Source of the DNA: Candidatus Delongbacteria bacterium
Lineage (GTDB): Bacteria > UBA4055
Reading direction: 5' to 3'
Assembly (NCBI GenBank): GCA_016938275.1
Contig: JAFGUZ010000169.1
Location: 1,734 to 65,733, forward strand
DNA length: 64,000 nucleotides
Part shown: positions 29,850 to 39,758 of the stretch, piece after piece
How the letters are laid out: every line of letters begins with the position of its first letter
Position numbering within the stretch: position 1 is the stretch's first letter
Position numbers and translations under genes: made by a program
Notes under the pieces: generated by a model
The model's input: the letters and a program-made list of their open reading frames with translations, nothing else
The model's database searches: none
Told to the model about the DNA's origin: nothing

Positions 29850-32800
29850 CTATTTTACTTGTATATCTTTATCGTCATTCCATAAACCTTTATCACCTTT
29901 TAATGTTCCTCCAATACGGATAGATCCGTTAGGATTAATCGATGGAACTATGGTGTTCACTGGTGGATCGTTAATTGGAAGTATCTCTATAGTATAATTG
30001 TAGATTTCACTATCAATTACCCCATCATTTACTTTTACATTTACGTCTAGATTACCAAAAAAGTCTATGTTTGGAACTATTTGCTGATTATTAAGTGAAT
30101 AATTTTCTCCTGACAATATAATCATACTAAAATCTAAAGGGTTTGAATTATCAGGATCAATGATAGTTAAATCAGATATGCTTATGCTAAAACTTTGTTC
30201 TTCAAGAAAACTTTTTGAAGCAAAATTAGTAATAATTGGTTTGTCATTTACTGGAGTTATTTCAATTATTCTTGATATTGCCAAAGAACTTGAATCACCA
30301 TCAAAAATCACAAAAGATATTGTTCTATCCAAATCTTCAGGATTATCAGATGTGTTATAGTATTTTATAGATCTCAATGCACTAAGGTAATTTTCTTTAG
30401 AAGAAGAACCTGAAAGACCTAGTATTCCTGTTTCATTATCATAATTTCCTGTTATCCCATTTTGATCTTGAAATTGAAGAATATCCTCTCCTGTTACGAA
30501 ATTTGAAGCTATTGAAATAGTTGCACTTTCTATTGAGGTGTCATCTACATCGGTAATTTTTAGAGTAGATGAAATTATTGTCGCGTCTTGGTTTTCAGTG
30601 TAAGAAATATTAGATGCTTCAATCTCAGATAGAATAGGTTTGTCGTTAACAGCAATTACGACAATCGGTCTTGATAATTCATTAGAAGAACCAGATTCAT
30701 TATTGATAGTAATTCTCACAGTTCGTGGAGTAGTAGTCGGAGTATCTGAATTATTTATAAAACCTAAACTTCTTACAAGAGTTAGATAATTGGAATAGTT
30801 TGACGATCCACTAAAAGTAAAAGTACCATTAACTTGCGATAGAACTATTCCAGATGAGGGAGGAATATTATAATATAACTCATCTTCACCGTTCATATAT
30901 CCATCTATTACAACATTCATTCCCAGCAAATTAGGATCATCATTATTGATAATATTTACAGTTCCACTAAAACCATAAATATGATTTTCAAGACAACCAA
31001 TAGGATTAGGATCAAAATTATTTATCACAAGAAGATCATTAACTGGGGATACATTGACTGTCAAAGTATTAAATTCTGTTGAATAATCAATACCATCATT
31101 AACTTTGTAATAAAGGGATAATTTGCCATTTCCATAAACATTTGCTGTAGGTTTAAATTTAATTTTAGACAAATCTTCTTTCCAAATTACTTGATCAATT
31201 TGAATTTGTTCATCATTTTCAGCAATATCATTTCCATTTTGATCAAAAAACAACGTACCATCTTTATAAAATCCAACGATTTTAATAAAATGCATAGTTT
31301 CAGTAGGGTCATCACTATCAAAGGATATATCGGTTGCATTCAGAGTAAATAAACCATCTTCTACTATAGTTTTTGTAAAATCTGATGAAGATGGAGGGGT
31401 ATTGGTAGGGATTTTAACAAATTTTATCTTACCAGGATTTGAAAACACAATTGTATTATTGTCTATTACAAAGCTGTTCTGTTTAATGTAAGTAGTTGTA
31501 GAAAAAAGATTAGGAAATTCAACATATTTACATTGCATATATCTACCTTCATCGAAGTTAAATAGGGATAAACGGTCACATTCGGATATAATATTTTCTA
31601 AATGAGCGATATATGAGTTAGAAACAGCTGCAACCTTGAAATTACCCGGATACTCATGAGTTTTCACAAAAATATTATCTTGATTTTTATAAACGCTAAC
31701 TATTCCGTCTAAAACTGTTAATATTGAATTTTCATCAGAGTATGAAAAGGTCGTGCCAGAGATAGTTTGTACAAGTGTAAATGAGTTATCTTGTTTTTTG
31801 AAAACATAAATATGAGCACCAAAATCATGAACAATATAATAATCATTGAGAAGTGTGACTTTTGGAGAGTAGGAATGTAAACTAGATGTTAAAAATGTGA
31901 AATCACTCTCCTTTACACACAAATTGTTTGTAAGGTCATACGTTGTAATTCTAAACATCTTATTATTAGATAGATGATTTAAGCTAGTACTGATAATCAA
32001 TTTATTGTTTTTAACTAATAATCTTCCACCAAAATATAAATCATCGTTCTCGTTAAATATTGTTTGCTGTAATTTCCATATATTGTTACTTTTTTTAAAC
32101 AAATAGACATAATCATAATCGCAGGTTCCTACAGCAATATATTCTCCATCAGTAGATATATTAGCACCAAATTTTTCACCTGGAATATATGGAATATATT
32201 TTGGAGATACTAATTGACTATCGAATACCCAGTCATTATTAATTTTGTTATAGATATTGACTACTCCATCAACACCATGTCCATATAAATTTGGCTCACC
32301 AATTACAAGAAGATTATCATTTATTTCTATAGGATTTAATTCATATTCTGAATTATAACTTGCAACATCAGCTGAAAACAATTTTCTTTGTTGTATCCAT
32401 GATTGCCCATTAAAATAAAAACTTGAAGCAGAACCAGAATCAGATCCAAATTCGTCATCTGCATAAGCTCCACATAATAATTGATCTCCCTTTAGACAAA
32501 TTACGGAACCTAATCTATCTCCTGGTTTGCGATTATAATCCATAGTATAATCTAAATAGTTCCATATTCCATCTTCTTTATGATACGTATAAACTGCTCC
32601 AGTTAATCCATAAACAGCATAAGCACCAACAGCAAAATTGTATCCAGATAAGGAAACAGAACAACCAAAAAATTCATAAGCAGCTGGATTTGGCTTTTGT
32701 ACTATTTTTTTTTGAACCCATACATTATCAATTTTTTCAAATATATATGCAGCACCAGCATAAGTATTTTTGCCATACGCACCAACTAATATTGTTGTGT

Positions 32801-33590
32801 TATCTATTGAAACACTAAAACCGAAATAATTATAAGCCAATCCATCTGATGCTAACAAATTCGCTTCTTGTACCCAATTGATTCCATCAAAACGAAAAAC
32901 GTAGGCAGATCCAGAATCTGCTCCTCTATCATCGTTTTTACTTGCTCCTACAACCAAATCATTTCCAGATATGGATATACTTTCTCCAAAGGCATCAAAT
33001 TGTCCACCGTCTGAAGCCATAATCTTCGATTGGTATTCCCAATTAGAATTGTTAAGCTTGTAGGTAAACACTGCTCCATTTTTTGAAGTTGAAAATGGAG
33101 CACCAACAACGATATAATGGCCATTTATAGCAATACTCGTTCCAAATTTATCTTCTGACTCTCTAGCTGGTGCTGTCAATTTTTGAACTTGATTCCATCC
33201 ATTTTCATTTAGAAGGAAAACATATGCAGAACCTGCACTATTATCATCACCAGGTGCACCAACAACAGCGTAGTTTCCGTATATTGCCACACTACTTCCA
33301 AATTTATCTCCAGCATATCTATCTGAAGCAGTTAATCGTTTTTGTCGTGACCACTGGTTTCCATATTTGTAATGAATATATGCAGAACCCATATCTCCAT
33401 CATCTCCATAAGCACCTACTATTCCAACATCATTAGATATTGAAACACTACATCCGAAATAATCATTAGAATCAGCATAGTTTTCTAAACTTATCTCACT
33501 CTCTTCCCACCCTGCAAAGATGTATGTAGACAAAAATAAAATAATCATAATCACAGTTATCGCTCTTATCTGATAAAAACTATTCATCAT
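29850..33590 (-). CDS. Giant secreted adhesin-like protein (1246 aa): N-terminal FG-GAP/integrin-alpha-like repeats followed by cadherin-like (VNDxP) domains; no T9SS tail
   Basis: Signal peptide; at least seven repeats of the type DYFGCSVSISNDVGIVGAYGDDGDMGSAYIHY; C-terminal modules with PVNDLLV, AVNDKPIL, PVNDKPII, PINDPPV. Confidence 0.7.
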   Translation of the reverse strand: MMNSFYQIRAITVIMIILFLSTYIFAGWEESEISLENYADSNDYFGCSVSISNDVGIVGAYGDDGDMGSAYIHYKYGNQWSRQKRLTASDRYAGDKFGSSVAIYGNYAVVGAPGDDNSAGSAYVFLLNENGWNQVQKLTAPARESEDKFGTSIAINGHYIVVGAPFSTSKNGAVFTYKLNNSNWEYQSKIMASDGGQFDAFGESISISGNDLVVGASKNDDRGADSGSAYVFRFDGINWVQEANLLASDGLAYNYFGFSVSIDNTTILVGAYGKNTYAGAAYIFEKIDNVWVQKKIVQKPNPAAYEFFGCSVSLSGYNFAVGAYAVYGLTGAVYTYHKEDGIWNYLDYTMDYNRKPGDRLGSVICLKGDQLLCGAYADDEFGSDSGSASSFYFNGQSWIQQRKLFSADVASYNSEYELNPIEINDNLLVIGEPNLYGHGVDGVVNIYNKINNDWVFDSQLVSPKYIPYIPGEKFGANISTDGEYIAVGTCDYDYVYLFKKSNNIWKLQQTIFNENDDLYFGGRLLVKNNKLIISTSLNHLSNNKMFRITTYDLTNNLCVKESDFTFLTSSLHSYSPKVTLLNDYYIVHDFGAHIYVFKKQDNSFTLVQTISGTTFSYSDENSILTVLDGIVSVYKNQDNIFVKTHEYPGNFKVAAVSNSYIAHLENIISECDRLSLFNFDEGRYMQCKYVEFPNLFSTTTYIKQNSFVIDNNTIVFSNPGKIKFVKIPTNTPPSSSDFTKTIVEDGLFTLNATDISFDSDDPTETMHFIKIVGFYKDGTLFFDQNGNDIAENDEQIQIDQVIWKEDLSKIKFKPTANVYGNGKLSLYYKVNDGIDYSTEFNTLTVNVSPVNDLLVINNFDPNPIGCLENHIYGFSGTVNIINNDDPNLLGMNVVIDGYMNGEDELYYNIPPSSGIVLSQVNGTFTFSGSSNYSNYLTLVRSLGFINNSDTPTTTPRTVRITINNESGSSNELSRPIVVIAVNDKPILSEIEASNISYTENQDATIISSTLKITDVDDTSIESATISIASNFVTGEDILQFQDQNGITGNYDNETGILGLSGSSSKENYLSALRSIKYYNTSDNPEDLDRTISFVIFDGDSSSLAISRIIEITPVNDKPIITNFASKSFLEEQSFSISISDLTIIDPDNSNPLDFSMIILSGENYSLNNQQIVPNIDFFGNLDVNVKVNDGVIDSEIYNYTIEILPINDPPVNTIVPSINPNGSIRIGGTLKGDKGLWNDDKDIQVK

Positions 33591-33919
33591 ATCTCCATTC
33601 TGGTTATATACTATTGTCGATTCAATCCGAGCGAAAAATAATAATTCTTATAAAAAAATCAATGATTTTGTGTAAGTTTTATGTTATACTTTAAAGATAA
33701 TGTGGTTTATAATCCTAAAATTAAATGATTGGTTAATATTGGAATAGTACTCATATGCGATAGAATTTCTTTTATGAAATTAGAAAATATGAAAAAGAAT
33801 AAAATTTTAAGCTATTAAAATGAGGTGTCAAAAACGACACCTTTTAAAAATAGTAATTCTAGTGTCTTTTATATCTCATATTTCTTTTAAAACTTAAGTT
33901 GCAAATAAAGTTTTCCAGT

Positions 33920-34879
33920 TTATTCAATGAATGAGACTTTGAATTTTTTTGGAATGTCCAATTTCCACTTTTCAACTTGAGACTTACTAAACAAGAATCT
34001 TCCATCATTTTCAGATATTGGAAGAATTTCCTGTGGTTTTTTTCCGTTGAATACCATCTTAACAATAACAGCTGCTTTTTTTCCCATTTCTTCTGCTGAA
34101 ATTACGTAACCGCCAATAGTTTTATTTTTACCAATACTAAAATCCCAAAATCCAAACAAAGGTAGTTGAGAGTTTTCTGATGTCCAAGTTATAATATTGT
34201 CCATACTCATAACTTTTCCAGATTCATCTTTGATTGTTTGATATAAGCCGACTATGATAAAGTCATAAAGATCTTTTGCATCTAGAATGGTTTTTTCCCA
34301 TTCAGAGGTTGAAGAAATTTGTTTAATTTCAACGTCACATCCATCGATAATTGTTTTATCTTTTTTACCAAAATATTCACTTTTTACAATATCTGAAGTT
34401 ACCCCATCATCAAATAGTATAAGTATTTTTTTTGAATCAGGAATAATCTCAGATAAGTATACTACAGATCTTTTTAGATTTGGTCTTTCTAGAACTCCGG
34501 TGATATTGTCAGGTAAATCTTTAAAATAATGACGTGGATTATTATTGATACCTAGATAAACAATAGGGGTGTTTGAATTTTCAAGTAAAGGTCCTACGTA
34601 TTGCAAGGCATTATCATCTCCTAAAACAACTAGATCGGGTTTCTTTTCTTCGTAGACTTGGAAAGCTTTTTCAGCCATTTTTGAAAATTCACTTTTAGGA
34701 ATATTCTTTGTATTCATTTCAAAAAAAGTCAGGTTATGACTACTACCCAACTCTTTTGATAAAGACTCTGTATAAGTCTTGTCCCAGCTAAAATCTGAAG
34801 AATAACTTTGTATCACTAGAATCTCTTTAGCCAGAAGAAATATCGGTAATACAAAAATTGCAACTAATCTAAGAAACAT
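33920..34879 (-). CDS. ABC-transporter-type substrate-binding protein (ABC_sub_bind/BMP-like)
   Basis: Signal peptide and a periplasmic-binding-protein type I-like pattern (LVVLGDDNALQYVG…IVYLGINN…). Confidence 0.5.
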   Translation of the reverse strand: MFLRLVAIFVLPIFLLAKEILVIQSYSSDFSWDKTYTESLSKELGSSHNLTFFEMNTKNIPKSEFSKMAEKAFQVYEEKKPDLVVLGDDNALQYVGPLLENSNTPIVYLGINNNPRHYFKDLPDNITGVLERPNLKRSVVYLSEIIPDSKKILILFDDGVTSDIVKSEYFGKKDKTIIDGCDVEIKQISSTSEWEKTILDAKDLYDFIIVGLYQTIKDESGKVMSMDNIITWTSENSQLPLFGFWDFSIGKNKTIGGYVISAEEMGKKAAVIVKMVFNGKKPQEILPISENDGRFLFSKSQVEKWKLDIPKKFKVSFIE

Positions 34880-35128
34880 ATACTACCCCTTCTTTATTAA
34901 ATTATAAAATAAAAATCACTATTTCCTTTTTTATATATCATATTTGTCATATTAAGATATTCTAATGATTATTCTATCAATTGTCAATGGCTTGTAGAAA
35001 TATAATATTTCATGAAAACATTGTACCAAGCAGTTAAATGGAAGTAATTTATATTTTGTTTTGAAATTATAATTATATTATATACTATTAAATAGTATCA
35101 TTAATTAAATAACAACTCGAGGTGACTC

Positions 35129-35854
35129 ATGAAAATGTTTTTACTGTTTCTAGTTGTATTCTCACTTTATGGGGAAAAAATAGTAATTGCTTCTGGAGAT
35201 TGGGAGCCATTCACATCAAGCAGAGATGAGAATGGAAAATTACTTGAATTGATAGTAAATGAAGTATTTAAAAATGCAGGTATTGATGTTGAGTACTTAT
35301 ATTATCCTTGGAAAAGAAGCTATGAACTTGTTAAGTCTGGAAAAGCTGATGCTACATTTCCTTGGATGAAAACGGAGGAGAGATTAAAAGAGGTGATTTA
35401 TCCAAATGAAAGTATCTTGCTAGAAAAATCAGTATTTTTTCACTTGAAAAGCACAAATTTTTCTTTTACAAATGATGCAGATTTAAAGAAATATAAATTT
35501 GGAGGAACACTTGGTTATTCTCTTGTCGGTTATCTAAAAGACAAAGGATTAGAAGTTGATGAAGTAGGGAATGAAATTTTGAATTTTAAAAAACTTTTAG
35601 CAAATAGGATAGATGTTTACCCAACATCGTTCATTGTTGGATATAATCTAATAAATAGAGAATTTCCTCCTGAGCAAGCGGCATTATTTACTAATTCTCC
35701 AAATATTATTAGTGAAGACGAGTACTTCCTTGTATTTTCTAAATCATCAGAAAATGGTAAATCTTTATCAGAAAAATTTGATAAAGGATTGAAGATGCTG
35801 AAAGAAAGTGGAAGATACGATGAAATTATGAATAGTTTCCTCGATAAGAAATAG
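35129..35854 (+). CDS. Periplasmic solute-binding protein, family 3-like
   Basis: Signal peptide; paralogue of 21925..22749. Confidence 0.5.
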   Translation: MKMFLLFLVVFSLYGEKIVIASGDWEPFTSSRDENGKLLELIVNEVFKNAGIDVEYLYYPWKRSYELVKSGKADATFPWMKTEERLKEVIYPNESILLEKSVFFHLKSTNFSFTNDADLKKYKFGGTLGYSLVGYLKDKGLEVDEVGNEILNFKKLLANRIDVYPTSFIVGYNLINREFPPEQAALFTNSPNIISEDEYFLVFSKSSENGKSLSEKFDKGLKMLKESGRYDEIMNSFLDKK

Positions 35855-35872
35855 TCAAACATTATATTGTTG

Positions 35873-35906
35873 AGAACAGCAGGAGTTTTAGACTCCTGTT
35901 GTTTTT
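35873..35906 (+). terminator. Rho-independent terminator
   Basis: CAGGAGT-TTTA-GACTCCTG stem followed by TTGTTTTT. Confidence 0.6.
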
Positions 35907-36061
35907 GATATTTTGAAAGGGCTTTTTCAACCACTTTTTAAAAAGTTCTACTATTTGAACAATTAAACAAAATAGATAGGATTATAAATTATGAAATTAC
36001 ATAAATGAACCCATTGTATCAACTTCTCAAATTTTTAACTTTAAAAGTCTTCAATTTTCTC

Positions 36062-37135
36062 TTACTTCACAGTAATTCCGTTGCTATCATCGTCTAAAAC
36101 AACATGTCCAATTATTTCAGCTCTCTCATAACCTTCAGATCTAACTCTTTTTAAAAGCTTTTCTCCTTCATTTTCAGGAACGCTAATCAGTAATCCTCCG
36201 GAAGTTTGGGCATCGTACATCAACATTAGCTTGGTAGAATCCTCTACTGATGTTGTAACATATTTTTTAGCAAAATCTCTATTACTGTATGATCCGGACG
36301 GGAATAAACCCATACTTCCCATATCGTATGCACCCGACATAAATGGGATTTTTGCTGAATCTATAATAATTTTCAAATCATCGTGAAGCATCTCTTTTAA
36401 GTGACCTAACAATCCAAATCCTGTAACATCTGTCATCCCATTTACCCTGTGATCTAAAGCCGCAATAGAGCCAAGTTTATTCAATTGTGACATATAAAAA
36501 GCAGCCTCTAGCATATCTTTCTCATCGCACATATCAGCTTTTATAGCCGTAGTGAGTACACCCGTACCAATAGGTTTGGTTAATATTATTACGTCACCTT
36601 CCTTGATCCCACAATTTTTTATAAATCTTTTAGGATGAACAATTCCAGTAACAGACATACCAAATTTCATTTCAATATCCTCTACAGTATGACCACCAAG
36701 TATTACTCCACCAGCTTCTTTAACTTTTGAAATACCACCAGCTAAAATCTCTCTCAACATCTCTGCACTAATGTGACAGGAATCGTAAGCTACAACATTA
36801 AGTGCATTAAGGACTTTTGCTCCCATAGCAAAAATATCAGATAGACTATTAGCAGCTGCGATTTGACCATAAATATATGGGTCATTAACAACAGGAGTTA
36901 TAAAATCTACAGTTTGAACAATAGCGATATCATCACTAATACGGTAAATTCCGGCATCATCATTACCGTCAAATCCGTGTATGAAATCAGGTGAGACAGG
37001 ATAGTCCAATCCATGTAATACCTTGTGTAAGTCCGACGGACTTAATTTACCGGCTCAACCAGCAGCTCTTACATAGTTGGTTATCTTAATCTCTTTACCT
37101 TCATCGTCCAGATACTTTTTTATTTTGGGTAACAT
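36062..37135 (-). CDS. selD: Selenophosphate synthetase (selenide, water dikinase) SelD, a selenoprotein with an in-frame UGA (Sec) at 37055..37057
   Basis: The ORF-track protein (36062..37009) aligns to SelD from about residue 40 onward (DDAGIY…TVDFITPVVNDPYIYGQIAAANSLSDIFAMGAKV…MTDVTGFGLLGHL). Reading upstream through a TGA gives MLPKIKKYLDDEGKEIKITNYVRAAG-U-AGKLSPSDLHKVLHG, which matches the E. coli N-terminus [22 protein letters not shown] with Sec in place of the catalytic Cys. The start ATG is at 37135 or 37138. Confidence 0.85.
37028..37044 (-). promoter_or_regulatory. SECIS-like recoding hairpin just 3' of the selD UGA
   Basis: mRNA reads UGA-GCCGGUAAAU-UAAGUCCG-U-CGGACUUA; a perfect 8-bp palindromic stem begins about 10 nt after the UGA, the spacing expected for bacterial SECIS elements. 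Confidence 0.5.
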
Positions 37136-38885
37136 CATAGCTTTTTACCAATTCGTAATGTTTTTTTAACTCTTTTTTTGAAAAATAAGATAGTAGTTCT
37201 TTTCTATTTCCAGGTTTTTGGAAACCGAAGATTTTATCTAATAGTTTTCTTTCGTCTACATTTTTTATAACAATTAGCTCTTCACCTGAATAAATATTTC
37301 TTTCAGTGTTGTAAACTATACTTGATAAAGATAAAGGTAATGGAACAAAAGGTCTAACTTCTGCCACAATAAGATTGTTTTCTATTACAAATTGCAATGT
37401 GTCCAGAACTGTATCAAGTGTCTCTCCAGGCATACCAGAGGTTAAAACAATTTTCAAAGTTTTATTAACACTAAACTCACCACATTTTTTCTTGAATTTT
37501 GTAACGAATTTTTTCAAGGGTTCAGAAGGAGGTAAATCATTGGCTTTTCTAACTATATCGGAGAAAGATCCGCAGTAGAGAGTAAATGTTGTACCTGTTC
37601 TTTTCTTCAAAATATCCTTTAAAAGGTCATCACTTTGGTTCAAAATTCTGTAATCGAAGGTATTGTCAAAATAAACTTGTCTAATACCTTTGAAATCCGA
37701 AATATCATCCATAGCTTTTGTAAATCTTGGAACATTTACAGAAAGATTTGAGCAAAAATCTTTACCTGCAGTTTCAAGACAAGTGTATCTTACACAGGAG
37801 TTACACTTATATGGCTTACGAATATCCAAAGCGTATTGATCACCCTTTCCATAGCCAGGATTCTTTAAAACAGATTTAAAATATTTACTTTTTCTTGTTC
37901 TGTCAGAATCCATCACCAAGGCTCCAATTCCTCTCTGTGAAATATCTCTGCCCTCGTGAATATAGGTATTACCACTAAGATCACCGATCTGAGTAAATAA
38001 TCCATTAGAAAGAACTTTTTCAAAGAATGGGATTTCTCCATTGATACCGAAATGAGGTTTATTTCTATAGGATTGATTAAAAATTATTTTCAACTGATCA
38101 TTATCGTATGGCAAATGGTTTTTATTTATAACTATATATCTGTCAAGTACTTTTTGGAATAGACCGTTTGAACCAGGATGAATATTGGCAAGGAAGGTTC
38201 TATACATAGAAATAAATGTTTCCTTATTTTCCCTGCATTCATCATAAGAAGGTAGTTCTTCATATCCTACGGGTTTATCTTTCGATATATAGGAAATTCC
38301 AGGTTGACCATAAAGACTTTCAAAACCAAGATCACTCTTCATGTGGTTGGCTGTTCTTTGAACATTTAGCTCCAATTTATCAAAAATTAAAAGATCTGCT
38401 TTAGAGTCGAAGAGAACAGGCTTTCTGATTTGATCACCCCAAAAATCATAGTGTGTAATTCTTCTGCCAGAAGCTTCTGCACCAGCTAAGACAACTTTAC
38501 AATCTTTGTATAGCGATTTTAATTTTGAAGTGATTGTAATGATGGCTCTGTCGGGTCTGTTTGATCTCTCTCCATCTTTTTGGAATGGATCAGAACTTCT
38601 AAACTTTTTAAAAGCACTGTAATTCATTGTCATCGAGTCTTCTTTACCTGTTATTAAGAGAAAAAAAAGTTCCGGTTTCCCGAATTTTTTAAAATCTTCA
38701 TCCTTACCAGGGTTGGAGATTATTACCGTTCTCATACCTGAACTTACCAAAACTCTTCCCACTCTTGCAATTTCATAATAGGGGTGATCTACATATTCAT
38801 CACAAGTAACGATTATTACATCTGCTTTTTTCCATCCATTTTTTTTCATTTCGTCATTATTAACGGGAAGAAAATCGGTCTTCAT
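37101..38885 (-). CDS. YgiQ/UPF0313-family protein (radical SAM N-terminal domain homolog) lacking the canonical CX3CX2C motif
   Basis: DVIIVTCDEYVDHPYYEIARVGRVLVSSG…KPELFFLLITGKEDSM…RPDRAIITITSKLK…VLAGAEASGRRITHYDFWGDQIRKPVLFDSKADLLIF aligns closely with the E. coli YgiQ N-domain. At the position of RGCFGGCSFCSITEHEGR it has FTQIGDLSGNTYIHEGR, with no Cys. Its 3' end overlaps the selD start by about 35 nt. Confidence 0.65.
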   Translation of the reverse strand: MKTDFLPVNNDEMKKNGWKKADVIIVTCDEYVDHPYYEIARVGRVLVSSGMRTVIISNPGKDEDFKKFGKPELFFLLITGKEDSMTMNYSAFKKFRSSDPFQKDGERSNRPDRAIITITSKLKSLYKDCKVVLAGAEASGRRITHYDFWGDQIRKPVLFDSKADLLIFDKLELNVQRTANHMKSDLGFESLYGQPGISYISKDKPVGYEELPSYDECRENKETFISMYRTFLANIHPGSNGLFQKVLDRYIVINKNHLPYDNDQLKIIFNQSYRNKPHFGINGEIPFFEKVLSNGLFTQIGDLSGNTYIHEGRDISQRGIGALVMDSDRTRKSKYFKSVLKNPGYGKGDQYALDIRKPYKCNSCVRYTCLETAGKDFCSNLSVNVPRFTKAMDDISDFKGIRQVYFDNTFDYRILNQSDDLLKDILKKRTGTTFTLYCGSFSDIVRKANDLPPSEPLKKFVTKFKKKCGEFSVNKTLKIVLTSGMPGETLDTVLDTLQFVIENNLIVAEVRPFVPLPLSLSSIVYNTERNIYSGEELIVIKNVDERKLLDKIFGFQKPGNRKELLSYFSKKELKKHYELVKSYDVTQNKKVSGR

Positions 38886-39029
38886 TTTATCTCCAATAAA
38901 TTTGTCTCAATATACTATGAATGTGCATAAAAGTCAAAAAGGACACATTATAAATATACCATTATTCAGTCAATTTATAGTAAAATGAGGTTGCCCACTA
39001 TAAGTTTCACAGACAACCCCATATTATCA

Positions 39030-39758
39030 CTATTGATTAAATCTTTTTTTACAAAAATCTAAATCTTCCAACGAGTTAATTCCATAAAGTGAATAAGGAT
39101 CATCAACAGTAAAGCTATCAATTTTAATATTATCTTCGATCATCAATTTAATCACATCAGGTAGATAATACTCATTTTGAGAATTATTATTATCTATTCT
39201 GTTTAGATATTTTAATAACAATTTATTATGAAAACAATAGTGTGAAGTGCTAACTTCGTTGATCATCAATTCCGAACTATTTGCATCTTTCTCTTCAACT
39301 ATTTTCACTATCTCTCCATTGTTGTCTCTTACCACTCTTCCATATGGTGGAGGTGTAACAAATTTAGCTGTAAGGAAAGTACAACCAGCTAAAGATTTTT
39401 CATGGACAGAAATAAGTTTTTTAACGATTTCTCTAGATATGAATGGAGCATCTCCAACTGTAATCAATGTATTACCATCAAAATCTTTCAGCCAATTTTC
39501 AGCACATAAGACAGCGTGTCCAGTGCCTAGCTGATCTTTTTGGATAATGTATTCATGGCATTTATTGCCAAGTTCTGATTTAATAGCATCAATATTCTCA
39601 GGACTTACAATTATTGCAATTTCATTCTCAGGCGATGAATATGCATCTACAACCATCGATATCATAGTCTGATCATTAACTTTTACTAAAACCTTAGGAA
39701 CATCTGTTTTCATTCTCGTTCCCTTACCTGCAGCAAGGATAACAACTTTATTTTTCAT
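39030..39758 (-). CDS. Sugar-phosphate/phospho-alcohol nucleotidyltransferase (GlmU N-terminal/LicC-like)
   Basis: VVILAAGKGTRMKTDVPKVL (G-x-G-T-R signature) and QKDQLGTGHAV resemble GlmU; there is no left-handed beta-helix acetyltransferase domain. Confidence 0.65.
   Translation of the reverse strand: MKNKVVILAAGKGTRMKTDVPKVLVKVNDQTMISMVVDAYSSPENEIAIIVSPENIDAIKSELGNKCHEYIIQKDQLGTGHAVLCAENWLKDFDGNTLITVGDAPFISREIVKKLISVHEKSLAGCTFLTAKFVTPPPYGRVVRDNNGEIVKIVEEKDANSSELMINEVSTSHYCFHNKLLLKYLNRIDNNNSQNEYYLPDVIKLMIEDNIKIDSFTVDDPYSLYGINSLEDLDFCKKRFNQ

Noticed and set aside
33170-33436. His/Gln-rich 88-aa + strand ORF (…HHQVHQQQ…)
   Set aside because: Antisense within the giant adhesin gene; the low-complexity sequence is an artefact of the repeat-rich coding strand.
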